Origin: Lama glama
Lineage: Eukaryota
Assembly: GCA_028534125.1 (NCBI GenBank)
Contig: CM052817.1
Span: forward strand, 21,640,001-21,704,000
Reading direction: 5' to 3'
Length of the DNA: 64,000 nucleotides
The notes beneath the pieces were generated by a model. The model was not told the origin of the DNA. It searched no databases and was given only the letters and a program-made list of their open reading frames with translations. This document shows, in pieces, positions 25,201 to 39,010 of this stretch. Position 1 is the first letter of the stretch. The number at the start of each line of letters is the position of its first letter. The translations under genes were made by a program, and so were the position numbers.

Positions 25201-26392
25201 AAGATATCTTTCTCATATAGCTTGCCTTTATTGGACTGTGAAGGGATAAAAGGTGGGGTGAGATTTTTTTTCAAATTATCCAAAAGTTGTGGAGTTGTGC
25301 TCTGTGTGAAAAGAGTACATTTGAGGATTATACTCCATGAAGAATACATTTGAGGCTTATACACAGCACTCCATAAAGATCTGGTTCAGTAAAGTTTAAA
25401 CAGCATCAAGTTATGTAGGCAAGATGATAAGAAGAATGCCCACATGCAAGAATTGTGTGCAGGTAAGCCATCCAATATCAATGACAGAAATTAATTCTAT
25501 TACTTAAGCCAATAAGTTCTTCCTGAATTATGAAACTTTTGGGTGTTTGAACATATAAGACACATTTGTATGAAATGTTTCCATGAGATTCCCAATTTCA
25601 TTCCACAAATGCCCTCTATTACATTTTATTACATTATTTATTAAGCAATTGAGCTCAATCTTTTTATGCCACATCATCTTACATTTTAATGACATGTTAT
25701 ATTGTCTTAAGCATCTTATATTTGATCCATTTTGTATGCACAGTTTATTACATTTATAAATTGATATTTGCATATCTGATCAATTACAACCATTGGCATA
25801 CAGTGTGATATGACACCTTAGCTTAATCAAATTTCACTTACAATTGGTTCCATCTTTAGATATTAATTTACGTAAATGTGAGTGCACAATAGTATAATTA
25901 CTTCAAGCTCAAACAGATTTAATCTATTTTCAAAGCCACAGTAAAATTTATGTGTCTACTTTCCAACTATGAAAAATGTATTGAAAATTTTCACGCATAT
26001 GACACTCTTTTTGTGCATCTCCACATCATTTCATCAGAAAACAGATTATGATGGCTTTAAATAAAGTTTTATAGAAGCATGTGGTCACTTTCCAATGAAT
26101 AAAAACACAATCAACCCTCTGTCTGAGATTATTTATGGCAGAGATTGAAAGCTGCCTGCAAAAGTGCTATGGAGCTGGTTTCTATCCACACGCAGTTACG
26201 AAGAGCCAAAATTTTAATATTAGATAATGTTGCATAAAGTCAAAATCAGAGATCCTGAACCACCTGGTCTGCACCCCTGCATCGCAACAATTGATGGGTT
26301 AAGTGGTAGGTGTGTGTGACCCCTTTAAATGGGTGAGGAAGAGTCACTGCAGTTGGCTACAGCACCACTGCATTCTGATACGATGCAAGCAT

Positions 26393-26394
26393 AA

Positions 26395-26433
<39 letters not shown>

Positions 26434-26435
26434 AT
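26393..26435. repeat. (TAAA)n microsatellite
   Basis: About 10 perfect TAAA units. Confidence 0.95.
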
Positions 26436-27009
26436 GAAGTTATACCCTGCCTGATATGGGAGGCATTTGTGTTTTTTATTCTACATTTATGGTGTCCATA
26501 TTGTGGAAAACACACAAATGCAGAATATTTGGGAGGGGTGGGGATCTGCATCAGTGCTAGTTGGAATGCTGTCTTAGAAACACACATAATGGAGAAACTC
26601 TTCCAGAAACTTATGCCCCTCACTCTCGTTTCTATGTTTACAAAATGAAAAGCCCATATTTATTCTTCAATGTGCTTCACTGTTTCTAATCCCCAGCCCA
26701 AACCTCCTTCTACTACTCTATCTCCTTTCTTCAGTTCAGGTTAATGTGGAACGTTGTATTAAAAAAAAAAAAATAGTATCATTCAGCAAATACTGAGAGA
26801 CACGGCTAAGACTTTTTTTTCGAAGTGGTGTTTATTTTCTACCTCTAGAAAACTATAATAGGAAGTGAACAGAAACAAAGAGATACTTTATATTAGGAAT
26901 GTGTTTGATTCTCTTGAATTATTTTGCTGTGTTTTCCCCTCAATTTATTACATATTAAAGTGACTTGGGAGAATGTTGCTCATGTTGGGTTTTCTGTGAA
27001 ATAGCTTTA

Positions 27010-27296
27010 AGACCCTGAGTAAGTTACACAGCCTCTCTGAGTTTCAATTTCACTTTTTGTTAAGCAAGTGTCTAATACAGTGACTAAGAACACAGACTGA
27101 TGAGTCTGAATGCTGGCTGAGCCATTAGTTTCAAGACCTGGTGCTATACACCGAAAGTCTTGATATCTGCACCTATCCAATGGGGATGATAACAGTTGCA
27201 TTTCACTCATATGGTCATTTTGCAAATTAAATGAGTTCATAATGTAAAGTGCTCAGAACTGTGGTTGGCATACATTAAGTAAGATATGAGTTGTTA
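27010..27296 (+). mobile_element. MIR SINE fragments
   Basis: 'gaccctgagtaagttacacagcctctctgagtttcaattt' and 'aatggggatgataacag...attaaatgagttcataatgtaaagtgctcagaactgtggttggcata'. Confidence 0.8.
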
Positions 27297-27738
27297 AAAA
27301 TAAATAAAAATGCTCATAAATGGATTATACCTAAATAAGCCATCAGCTTTAAATTTTTATCTACTTTGATTTAATATTCTGTAATTTTATAATATTAACA
27401 GATTAATTTAAAAACTCCAAATGTATAATATTAAAGAAGTTACCACTTTTATTTATGTTGATTTTAGTTTTATAAAAGTATCTTGGCCAATTTTTTTTTC
27501 AAATGAGTCTGTATACAATTCTTAATAGTAAAAAAATAAAACAAAGAGTACTTTATGTATGGAAATTTATTGTATAAGGTCACATCAGTTCCTCAGATTG
27601 GAGTGAAGTTTCAGTTCTATTTCAAAAAATAAACAACTTGGCATATGATTTCCTACACCTCATATATAGTCTAAGAAGTTGGAAATATTATGACACACTT
27701 ATACTGAGAATGTATGTTGATAATCAAGAAGCAAAATT

Positions 27739-29879
27739 GTAACATAATACTCAACTGTGAAAAGTTGAAAATCTTCCTGCTAAAATCTGGAACAAGACAA
27801 GGATGCTCACTCTCACCACTTCTATACAACATAGTATTGGAAAGCCTAGCAACAGCAATGAGACAAGAAAAAGAAATAAAAGGTATCCAAATAAGTAGGG
27901 AAGAGGTAAAATTGGCATTATATATTAATGGCATGATACAATATATAGAAAACTCTAAAGACTCCACACAAAACCGCTAGAACTGATAAAGAAATTCAGC
28001 AAAGTAGCAATATACAAGATTAACATACAGAAATCTGTTGCATTGCTTTATACTAACAATGAAATATCAGGAAGGGAAAATAAAAAAAAATCGCTTTTAA
28101 AATTGTATCAAAAAAATAAAAAGGGGGTGAAAGGCATATACACTGAGAAATATAAAACAGTGATAAAAGAAACTAAAGATGATTTAAAGAACAGGAAAGA
28201 TATCCCATGTTGTTGAATTAGAAGAATTGATATTGTTAAATTGGCCATATTACCAAGGCAATCTACAGGTTTAATGTGATCCCTATCAAATTACCCATGA
28301 CACTTTTCACAGAACTAGAACAAATAATCCTAAAAGTTATATGGAATCACAAAAGACCCAGAATTGCCAAAGCAATCCTGAGGAAAAAGAACAAAGATGG
28401 AGGCATAACCTTCCCAAATGTCAGACAATATTACAAAACTCCAGTAACCAAAACAGTGTGGTATTGGCACAAAAACAGATATATGGATCAATGGAACAGA
28501 ATAGAGAGCCCAAAAATAAACTCATATACCTATGGTAAATTAATAATTGACAAAGGAGGCAAGAATATACAATGGAAAAAGATAGTCTTTTAGGCAAGTG
28601 GTGTTGAGAAAGCTGCACAGCCACATGAAAATCAATGAAGTTAGAATACTCTCTCACACCATACACAAAAATAAATTCAAAATGGCTTAAATATTTAAAT
28701 ATAAGACAGGACACCATAAAAATCCTAGAAGAGAAAATAGGTAACATCTTCTCTGACATAAATCGCAGCAATATTTTCTTAGGTTAGTCTCCCAAGGCAA
28801 TAGAAAAAAAGCAAAAATAAGCAAATGGGGCCTAAACAAATGTATAAGCTTTTACACAGCAAAGAAAACCATAAACAAAACAAAAGACCTACACACTGGA
28901 AGAAAATATTTGCAAATGATGCAGCCGACAAGGGATTAATTCCAAAATATACAAACATCTCATACAATTCAATAACAAAAGAAACAAATAATCCAATCAA
29001 AAATGAACAGAAGACCTAAAAAGACATTTCTCCAATGAAGACAAAGATATGACCAATAGGCACATGCAGAGATGTTCAATGTCTTTAGTTATCAGAGAAG
29101 TGAAAATCAAAACTACAATGAGGTATTACCTCACACCAATCAGAATGGCCACCATTAAAAAGTACACAAACAGTAAATGCTGGAAAGGGTGTGCAGAAAA
29201 GGAAACCATCCTACACTATTGGTAAAGCAGGTATGGAAAACACTATGGATATTCTTAAAAAAACTGAAATAGACATCATATGATCCAGCAATCCCACTCC
29301 TGGGCATATATCTGGAGAAAACTCTAATTTGAAAAATACATGCACCCCTCTGTTCATAGAAGCACTATTTACAATAGCTAAGATATAGAAACAACCTAAA
29401 TGTCCATGGACAGATGAATGAGTAAAGAAGATATAGTATATATAATATATATATATATGAATATATATGAATATATATATGAATATTACTCTGCCATTAA
29501 AAAGAATGAAATAATGCCATTTGCAGGAACATGGCTGGACCTAGAGATTATCATACCAAGTGAAATAAGTCAGACAGAGAAAAGACAAATATCATGTGAC
29601 ATTACTTATATGTGGGATCTAAAATACGATACAAATTAACTTATTTACAAAACAGAAACAGACTAACAGACATAGAAAACAAACTTATGGTTACCAAAGA
29701 GTAGAGAGAGGAGGGGAAGGATAAATTAGGAGTTTGGGATTAGCAGATACAAACTACTGCATATAAAATAGATAAACAACAAGGTCCTATTATATAGCAT
29801 AGGGAACTATATGCTGTATCTTATAACCTTTAATGAAAAACAATATGAAAAGGAGTGCATGTATGTATGTATGTGTGTG

Positions 29880-29914
<35 letters not shown>

Positions 29915-29998
29915 CTGAACCACTTTGCTGTACCCCAGAAACTAATACAACCAAATCAACCAAACTTCAATTTTAAAAAATTTACCTCCTTGAAAAAA
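27739..29998 (+). mobile_element. 5'-truncated L1 (~2.26 kb; RT to 3' UTR) with 13-bp TSD
   Basis: ORF2 peptides [21 protein letters not shown] and [15 protein letters not shown]...[21 protein letters not shown] motif decayed (YINGM). TSD aagaagcaaaatt at 27726-27738 and 29999-30011. Same older family as 2483-4402. Frameshifted and inactive. Confidence 0.95.
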
Positions 29999-31679
29999 AA
30001 GAAGCAAAATTTCACATGGGGTAACTGTCTTGACTTTTTTCCAATCTAATTCTATTATCAACTTTTCTTTATCTATACTTAGATCTAAGTAACTAATTTT
30101 GTTGTATTCTATCTGGAAATCCTAACTTTAAATAGAGTATTACTTCTTTAAAATTATTTTTATGCTCTTTTTACTTAACATAGTCTTAAAATACTTAAAT
30201 GTTAAAATTATTCTTTCCAGAAAATTTTAATTTGCTGCTTAATTCCAGGGTGATGAGATGTCCAGAAATGTTGAAACGCCTTACTAAAACTAGTGACCTA
30301 ATTCCATATGGAAACGCAATTTTAAACTGATACGGTTCTCTGCTGGAATATTTTAATTTTTTCCTGTTTCCAATGAAAATCTGTTTTAAACTACACTTCT
30401 TGGTTCTTTGAGAATTATTACCAAATGGAACTTAATTCAAAAAGAAAAAAAAACATAATATATATATATACACAGTGATGGAGCAGGAAGGAAGTATAGA
30501 ATATGTCTCATCCAGTGCCCTTATGTAAGGAAGAAGAAACTTAAAACCAGACAGGGCAAGTTGTCAAAAGTTTATTTGACGAAGCAGAGTCACAGCCAAA
30601 ACTGGATACAAGTTATACTTACTGACCACTTGTCATGAGCAGTGTTTAATGTGGGCTGGAATGTAAAATAATTTCCCAATCCAGAAACTTAAGTGATTTT
30701 TAGACACTAATCATATCAATATATTTTATCATTGCTTCTTTAAAACACTGAAACTTATTAACATTGATGACTTCTCACTAGAAACACTAATAAAATTATT
30801 TTGTCAAGTTTAAGAATTGTATTGTCCATTAAGTTCAAAATGTTGGCTGCAGAAATTTTTTTAGCACTAAATGTTTCACATTCAGATATCTCAGTAAGTA
30901 ATTCTCAAATAAATTTAGAATTGTGGACAGGATAATCATTTTTGATAATAGTCTAAAAATAAAGTATTATCTTATTCAGTATAGAAATCTGACCTGTATC
31001 AAGATGTTCTAAAGTGATTACACACACGCACACACATAAGACACATGCACTTACAAGCACAACCATTGTTCAAATCACATATATTTGTCCTACAGAAATT
31101 AAGTGCCACATGAAGGAGACACAGGTATGTAGCTATTTTTCACCATTAATAATCATTGGTGTATAATACTTTTAATACAAAATTATAAATGCAGAAAGCA
31201 GTAAAAAATTTTTAGTGAACCTAAACTCTAACCACCTGCTCAAAGCCACTGTAAATATTCTGAGTTTTTTTTCCCGGACTCTTAACTATCCATGTGTGTT
31301 CCTAGGTGCATCTGTGTGTGTTGTGCTAAAGGAGAATTTAGAAAAATCTGAATGCATAATATTTGATTTCCTTTGTCCAAAGATGGTGCAGGTACTTTAA
31401 GAATTAAACTACTATATGGAGGCCGAATACACATTTCTACAACTTGAAATGTTGATTTATAATCATTTGTCTCTTATTTAAAATTTTTTGGTTACATTTT
31501 TGTAATGTTCTACTTTAAAAATAGTGGAATTTATTTCTATCAATTTTCCTCTAAATACAGCTGGCCAAATTCCTTGAGTTTGGATGCAGAGAACTTTCAT
31601 TTTTGTAATATTTAAGTTTCTTCTTTTTATAATTTTAGTGTAACCATTCACTAGTTAGACACTGGGAGGCTGATTTCCG

Positions 31680-31998
31680 TTCATTAATTCAATAAAATTT
31701 TTTGTGTCCACAGAATACGAGAATCATTCTTCAGATGGCAAGGTAAAAGCAGTGAAAAAACACCACCAAAGCAGTAACACAGCCCTGATCTAACAGAACT
31801 TACATTCTGATAGGTAAACAGATATGACAAAAATCAGACAAAATAAAATATGATGCCAGAGAGTATTAGTACTGTGAACAAAAATAAAGCAAGATAAAGG
31901 GATATGAACAATAGGAAAAATTGTTTGTGCTGGAGTCGTTTCAGGAAGCCTTTCTTGAGAGGTAACATTTGAGCAGAGACAAATGAAGTGAGGGAATT
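31680..31998 (-). mobile_element. L2 3' end
   Basis: 'tcattaattcaataaaa...aacttacattctga...aaaaataaagcaagataaaggg...aggtaacatttgagcagagac'. Confidence 0.75.
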
Positions 31999-31999
31999 A

Positions 32000-33015
32000 A
32001 GAACTATGTCTCCCTGAATCTGACAGCGGCATGGAATGAATGCTGTCAGCTACCTGAGCAAGGAAACAGATCCTCCATAAGTCAATTATCCAGAAGAAAA
32101 CCCAGCCAGGGCCAGTCCTTGGTTGCCCCTTTGTTAGATCCTAATCAAAGGACCAAAGTAAAGCATGCCTAGACTCCTGAATCACAGACCATAGGAACTA
32201 AGAAATCTGTGTCTTTTTACCCCACTGTTTTTGTGATAATTCATTATACAGCAATCAAAAACTAATAAACATTTAAATACCTAGAGGTAGGGAGCTATTG
32301 TGACAAATACCTCAGAATGTGGGGGTGGACTGGGCAATGGGCAGAGGCTGGAAGAATTTTGGGGAGTGTTATAGAGAAACTCTACATTTACTTGAACAAA
32401 CCGTTAGTAAAATTATGGACTTTAAAGACGCTGTTGATGAGGGCTCAAAAATCAAGTGAGGAATGTGTCATTAGAAGCTGCGGTGAGGAGTATCCTTGTT
32501 ATACACAAGTATCTGATCCACAATAGGCAGGTAGAAGACCGATAAACTATGTACTTTTCATAAAAAGTTAAAATGACTCAAAGGATGGAGCCAAGAAACC
32601 AAAGAATAGAATAAAGAGCCACAAAAAACATTCTTCAGGCTTGAAATCTAATCAAGAAATTCCTAACATTTTCCCGGCTAGATCGGCACCTTTATTAAAC
32701 AGGGTCTTATTTTTACCTTGTATTTTCTAGTCCTTAAACTTAACATGTATAGCTCATATCCTATACCAGCCCTACTATCAGATAATACTGACCCAGATGG
32801 CGTGTCTTTTGTTTTATAGACCCACAAATGGAAAAGGTTTTGTGTGTGTGTGTGTCCCAGGAGCTTTATTTAAAGGATTACATTCAGGAACCTCATCTAT
32901 TCCAGGGCCTGATTTAGATGATAAGATTTTGGGCTTTGGTATGATGCATAATGGCATGAGATTCAGGGGAAATGTAGGAAAGAGTGCATGTATTTTGCAT
33001 TTGGGAGGAATATGA
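32000..33015 (+). mobile_element. MaLR MLT1 (MLT1E-like) LTR 3' half plus internally deleted MLT internal sequence
   Basis: LTR ends 'attatacagcaatcaaaaactaataaaca' (~32272), followed by the internal start 'acaaatacct...aatgtgggggtgg...gggcagaggctggaagaatttt' and internal end 'cctgatttagatgataagattttgggc...tattttgcatttgggagg'. Confidence 0.75.
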
Positions 33016-34975
33016 TTAAACCTACATCAATGAAACAGCTCTGGGTCTTGGTCCTTATACATTCAGCCCTCCTTTATCTACCTCCAGAAGTAGTTAGAGG
33101 ACCACTGGGCTAGGTTATTTCCAACTCCTTTCATCTCTGAAGCTTACATTTTACATTTCAGAGAGACACAGGTATTCAAATAAAAAAATTTATTCATCAA
33201 AGAACATGGCTCATGTTCTGGTCAGAAACACTGAATTTGTTTTCTAATTATAATATCAATATTTTTAAAGTATTTACCTCACAAAACTCCAGTGCTGTTT
33301 AAACATTTGAAGCCAAAATTCATGTGAGTACTTAACTCAAAGAAGGTCTAGTGTACAGTAAATGAGTGCTGTAATTTAGATGATACAATCATAATTATTG
33401 TTAAATGATATTTTGTATGCATTACTTATTCTCGAATTAGGGTAGGAGTATCTTAGTGTGAAAAAGTAAGCAGAAGATATGATGAATATCAAGCCATGCT
33501 CATTCAGAAATCAGAAAATGTGATTTATTTATAATGATTCATGTCATTAAAAAATCTCTCCTTAAGTAACTCACCTTACTCCTAAAGAACATGAAGCTTT
33601 ATTAAGTAAAATTAAGATAGTGTTCAAGAAGTAAACCTATCTGTGGATGTGTTCATGCTTTTAGACCCCTTTGTTTATGAAAGTATTTTTTCAATGTGCA
33701 TGGCAGGATACCAAATCCTCCTTTTCCCTTGAGAGCCCTCCTGGCCACTGCAAAAACAACTGTTCCCAATTAACTCTGGACCTATTGCACTTTTCTCTCT
33801 CTCAAGGCATTTATCACTTGCTATAATGTAATAGAGTCACCAGTGCAAATTTCTTCTCCTCTAATGCCCAAGAACCCACTGGGAAAAGGGTTTGGTTTGA
33901 TTCACCTTTATCTCATTCTCTGTGCTTAGTTTTGTGAGTGATAGGTACGCAGAAGTTTATCAACTTGTTCTGTTTACTGCCAAAATGACTAAGGCTTAGA
34001 AATTTTCTGTGTTGTTTTAATGTAAAAAACAATTTTTAATAGACAGGAGATGTAATTTCTATTCTCTACTCTTTCTACTCCCAAAATCACGTAATACTGT
34101 AGCTGTGAAAAGTATGATTTAACCTTTGCAATTCCCCTGCATCATTGATGAAAAGGTATTATAATGTCTTACTTTTAGAATAAGAATATTCTGAACAAAA
34201 AGATCTGTTTTCAAGTCCTTTGCAAGTCTTAGATCTTTGATAAGTGAGACCTTTCTGAATTTCCTGATGTATAAAGTAATTCCTCTGCATTATTCACAAG
34301 AGAATTCTAAAAATTATGGAAAATACAATCGACCTTCCTTTAATTCTCAACTAGGATTCCCAGATGTCCCTGTTGTAGAGGGATTTATTTTTTATTTTTT
34401 ATTTTTTATTTTTTTTTACCAAGAAAGAGTTTGCTTGAAATAACAAAATAAAGTTATAGGACTGGACATGAAAGAGAAACCCAACACCTTCTGAATTTAA
34501 TTTGAAAGCAAAAATAAGTGCTTGAAATAAAAAGATGGGGGTACAGAGAGGGAAAAAGCATATCAAGGTATATCAAGGCTAAACCCAGTTGGGAGGAACA
34601 CTTGAAATATCAATAAATATCTCTAAGATAGATGACAAAAGTATTCTTAGGGAGGTGTATATCACACTAGACCCCACACTGCTTTTCACTAGCTCTTAAT
34701 TTTTTTTTTTATGTAATAGTCTTTGATTCGGTTAGATGAGCAGGACTTAGAAAGTTTTTTGGCTGGTGAAGAATTCTGCAGTTTTACAACAAAGAGGAGT
34801 ATGAGTAAGAGGAATTTAGAGGAGCTCATTATTTGTCAGTGTTTCAGTATTAGTATCCTATATTTACATCCCCTGTCATTCTCTGCTGGAAAACATTCAC
34901 TGCCTTTAAAGGGCTTATGCAATTGAGTCCTGCCTAGAAAATTTCCTTATCTTAAAATCAACTATGCTATGTAAT

Positions 34976-35095
34976 ACAACATTATCACAGGAGTGAAAGC
35001 TCATCATATTTACCAGTTCCAGTTACATCCTAAGGGGAGGAGATTATTCAAGGCCAGGGTCATTGAGGATCATTTTTACAATTCTGACCATCAAA
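34976..35095 (-). mobile_element. MLT1 LTR 5' fragment
   Basis: 'atcacaggagtgaaagctcatcatatttac...aaggggaggagattatt...aattctgacc'. Confidence 0.6.
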
Positions 35096-38000
35096 ATAGG
35101 GAAAGGAGTTCAACTTCAGCCCAGATTCATAAGCTCTGATTTAATGCAAAAAGGAGGCCATCAGTTATTTTTCGTATATACTGTTTGTTACATTAATAGA
35201 GAATAATAATAATAAAAATTTACACAGTATTTTTCCACAGACACTTTCACATTTGCTCCTCACAGAAACCTAGCAACTCTTATTATACCTGCCTTCTAGA
35301 GGTAGAAATGGAGCAAAGCGATTTTAAGTAAACTCTCCTCAAGTTCGACCAATGGAAAATTCTGCATTCAAAAAAAAAGTATGATTCTAAACACATTATG
35401 TTTTACTTCATACAAAATTATTTACAGTAGATAATTTACTGTTACCAGAATCATCAAACATGATTGCTCTCACGACAGAGTAGAGTGAGTGTGTTCTAAT
35501 GCCCATGGTATGTTTTGTGATATAACTACGTGAGTTACAAATAATGTGAATATTAAATTAGAGATGAAATCCAAGATGAAGTGAGTCATGTTTCCCTGCA
35601 GCTCTGAGGCAACGATGGTGTTAAATGTTAGAGCTGAGAATATAGAAAAAGGACTCAGCCCAGGGCTCTTCATCACCAGGTGACTTGCCTTTCTTTAAGA
35701 GGCTCTCCAACTGCTTGAGTGATGGAAATCAGGTTTTCCCCTTTGCTAAATGTCTGCAAGCCCATTCTGACCTACTTAGCTTTCTAAACAGATTTCCCTG
35801 GTGCTATATGGCAGGAGTTGCATTGCGGAGGGAAAAACAGCATTCTTTATACTCCTTTAACCTGTGGACTGCCACATCTATTTCATTTCCCAAGAATTAC
35901 GTCAGTCTCTTTCCTTCTGTTTGAGTTGGTTGATGGTTATAAAGCTTCATTACCAGAGAACTACGTAAACGAGGTATCGTTATATGCAGATCCACAGAGA
36001 CACGGAAATTATTTAAGACAACATAACCCCTTGAGGATATTTTTTAACAGAGAGTTTACCTCTGGCATATTTCTGTCAAGTTAAAGAAATATACAACTTT
36101 AGTAACTAGAAGGCCTTAATATATTGCTTGCACAACTTGTACAAGGAATCTCAATGATGGTCCCTGGGAGAATTCTGCTTGAATAGGATTTAGACTTATT
36201 AGTTCATGCAATGTTGATTTTTGAGTATTGGTCTTCTGAGAAAGACAGAGTACTTCACAAACTGTGTACTTTAGCCTCAATGGCATGGGGATTTCTCACA
36301 GAGGCTATCTTTCTCTCATATTCTGAGTGTGATTACATAGCACACTTTTCTAAGAGTTCAAGTGGTAAAACAAAGACATCTGCAGGAATTACTCATTACA
36401 GTATTTTCAAGTGGAAGGCTAACCACATCTAATAACAGTATAGGCAAAAAATAATGGACAATTAAAAAAAGAAAATATATGTCTACATATATGACAGTGA
36501 GAAAGAAAGGTAAGGAGATTATAGATGATAGATTTGTGAACATGTTGGTGTTTCGACTTTCTGAAATTCTTAAATTTGGCATGGTAAAATGGTTTAAAGA
36601 TACTTTCCTTCGATTTTGACATCTGGATAAGAAAAGTAAAAGTAGATACTTAGAGAGAGGAACTGATTTAGGAGAGTATTTCTTCCAACTGTGACTCAGA
36701 GTATGCATGCTTTGCTCATATAAGCACCATATTTGAACCTAAGTTTCCAGACTTATTTTCTCAAGTAAAACTGAATATGCTGATAAAAGAAGTTTCCCCC
36801 CATTTATAATATATTTAATTTTAAAACAACAAAAGTTATAATATAATTAGTATATTAGAGTAAATATGAACACAGAAATTTTATTACTCAAGGAATACTT
36901 AGAGGGTTTCTGAGTTCTAAATTTTCCAAAGAAGCATCAGCTGGGGATGTATTTACTGAAAGATGGTAGGTTAAAAGTTGTCACAAGAGTCTCGATTTAT
37001 TCACTTCAATTTATACATATAGAACACTTCAGGTATATCATTCTGCATCATCATTCTACTGACTCATTCTACTCATAGCAGGAATATGTTTGCCAAAGTT
37101 TATTAGAAAATGGTAGTAATATCTCAACCAATTTTGCTCTAAACTTTGCAATTTTGACGATTCTAATTTAGTTCCTAAAGCAGCTAAAGTGCCAGTATAT
37201 TAAACCAAGTTTCCCAAAAGTAAAAAAAAAAAAAAAAAAAAACCAAAAAAACAACATTTATGGTAACAATACTGGATTTTATTCAAAATGAAGATAATTT
37301 ATTTTTGTTGACTTTAGCATACATGAAAACATGTCATTAATTCTGGAACTCTATTAAAGACACTATTATTTACTTTTGTAGATATACACAAAGAACATAT
37401 TTCATAGCTTATTACAGTCAAATACATTAAATTTTCTCCAGCTTTGATACTGAATCACTAATTACTTTACTTGGTACCTGTCAAATAATCTGCCACATTC
37501 AGCTTTTTGTTCATTTGTTTTAAATTGTCATTATGTAAATGAGACTAATGGCAAGATTTTGATACTCATCTGACTTCTTATAAGTACAAGAGAAACGTCC
37601 TCCCTGGAAAATGGTTGCTTGGAAAACTATAGTTGAATGAAATCTATTATTATTAAAATATATACATTAGTATATATTTTTCTGTCCTTTAAAGCATGTT
37701 ATGCATACCTTCCAACAATAACAAAAAATCCTTTCATTTTAAACTGTGAAAGATCTATGTTAAAGAAGGTATTCCTTTTTTAATAATGAAAAGCCAGTAT
37801 ATCAGTAGATAGACATTGTTTCTGGTTACAGATTTACTCCTAGGTAGACAGGTGACTTTATGCAAGTTAGTTATAAACTTTCTAGAAATCAGCTCCTCTG
37901 TTAGAAAATTACGCAAACTAACTAGGGTCTTAAAGCATCCTGGTATCACTAGGATAAGCAAGGCTATGCTGATATAATGGGTAAAAAAATCGAAATCTTC

Positions 38001-38199
38001 AGTGGCACTCTCTTTTGTTTTAAGTTCATACAAATTCTTTAAAGATCCAGGCAACTCTCTATGGTCACTGTCCTCTATGAAGCTCCTTGGTGACTGGGAG
38101 TGAGGATGCTGTTGCTATAATATCTAGAACATGTAGCTTTTTTCAGTGATGCAAGAAAATGAAGGTGGGTTGTGCGTAAGCAATTATATGCTTTGTAAT

Positions 38200-39010
38200 T
38201 GACAAAGACTCCCTTCTTGACCAAAGTCTAGATAGAGTCCTCAGATTCCTTTTTCAACTAGGCTCTGTCCTTGGGTCTTGGCTTCAAGAACCCAGTTGTA
38301 GCAAGGGTCTTGTTAAGTCAGTTTAGCAAGAATCCCCCACCCTCAATATCTGATCATCCTTGATATCTGATCAAATTCCTCAACCCCCACTACTACAGGG
38401 TGAATACTTGGGAACCTAATTCCCAGTGGGATGTTATTAAGAGGTGGAACCTTTGGGAGGTGATTAGGTCATGAGGGTGGAGCCTTCAGGTATAGGATCA
38501 GTGCCCCTATAAAGCAGACCCCAGAGAAATCCCTTGCTCTTCTCACCAAGGTGAAGTTACAGCAAGAGGGTGCCTTCTATGAAGTAGAAAGCAGAACCTC
38601 ACCAGATACTGAATTTGCTAGCTCCATGATTGAGGAGTCTCAAGTCTTCAGAACTGTGAGGAATAAATTTGTTGTTTATAAGCTACCTAGTCAATGATAT
38701 TCTGTTATAGCATACCAACAGACTAATTCCCCCAGCAAATATTTCATCACTTTGGCTTGCCCTCAGCAAGAATTGTTTTAGATCAGTTTGGCAAGAATCT
38801 CTCTATTCCCTTAGGAACTTTCTACCCACAGAACATCCACCACCACCACCACCAACCCTGCTCCTTAACTATAAATCATCAGTTTTTCTTGTTGAATTTG
38901 AAATTGAGCCTAATTATATACTTAGGGTTTTTTTCCCCTCTGTTGTACTAGGGCCTGAAAAACTCAGTTTTTACCACTTCAACAATTGTCCAGCTTGGTT
39001 TTCTTTTAAA
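38200..39010 (+). mobile_element. ERV1 LTR, MER31-like, split by MLT1A
   Basis: 'tgacaaagactcccttcttgaccaaa...gcaagaatcccccaccctcaatatctgatcatccttgatatctgatcaaattcctc'. Resumes after 38726 with 'gccctcagcaagaat...ccctgctccttaactataaatc'. Confidence 0.8.
38391..38726 (+). mobile_element. MaLR LTR, MLT1A-like
   Basis: 'ctttgggaggtgattaggtcatgagggtggagcc...agaccccagaga...cagaactgtgaggaataaatttgttgtttataagc...gactaa'. Confidence 0.85.

Noticed and set aside
27714..28593. ORFs with reverse-transcriptase similarity (possible retron/RT system)
   Set aside because: Fragments of a dead 5'-truncated L1 with frameshifts and a destroyed catalytic motif.
35818..36084. Protein-like ORF (ELVDGYKASLPENYVNEV...)
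   Set aside because: Only a GAG acceptor and a weak donor (GAG|gtatcg); no recognisable homolog.
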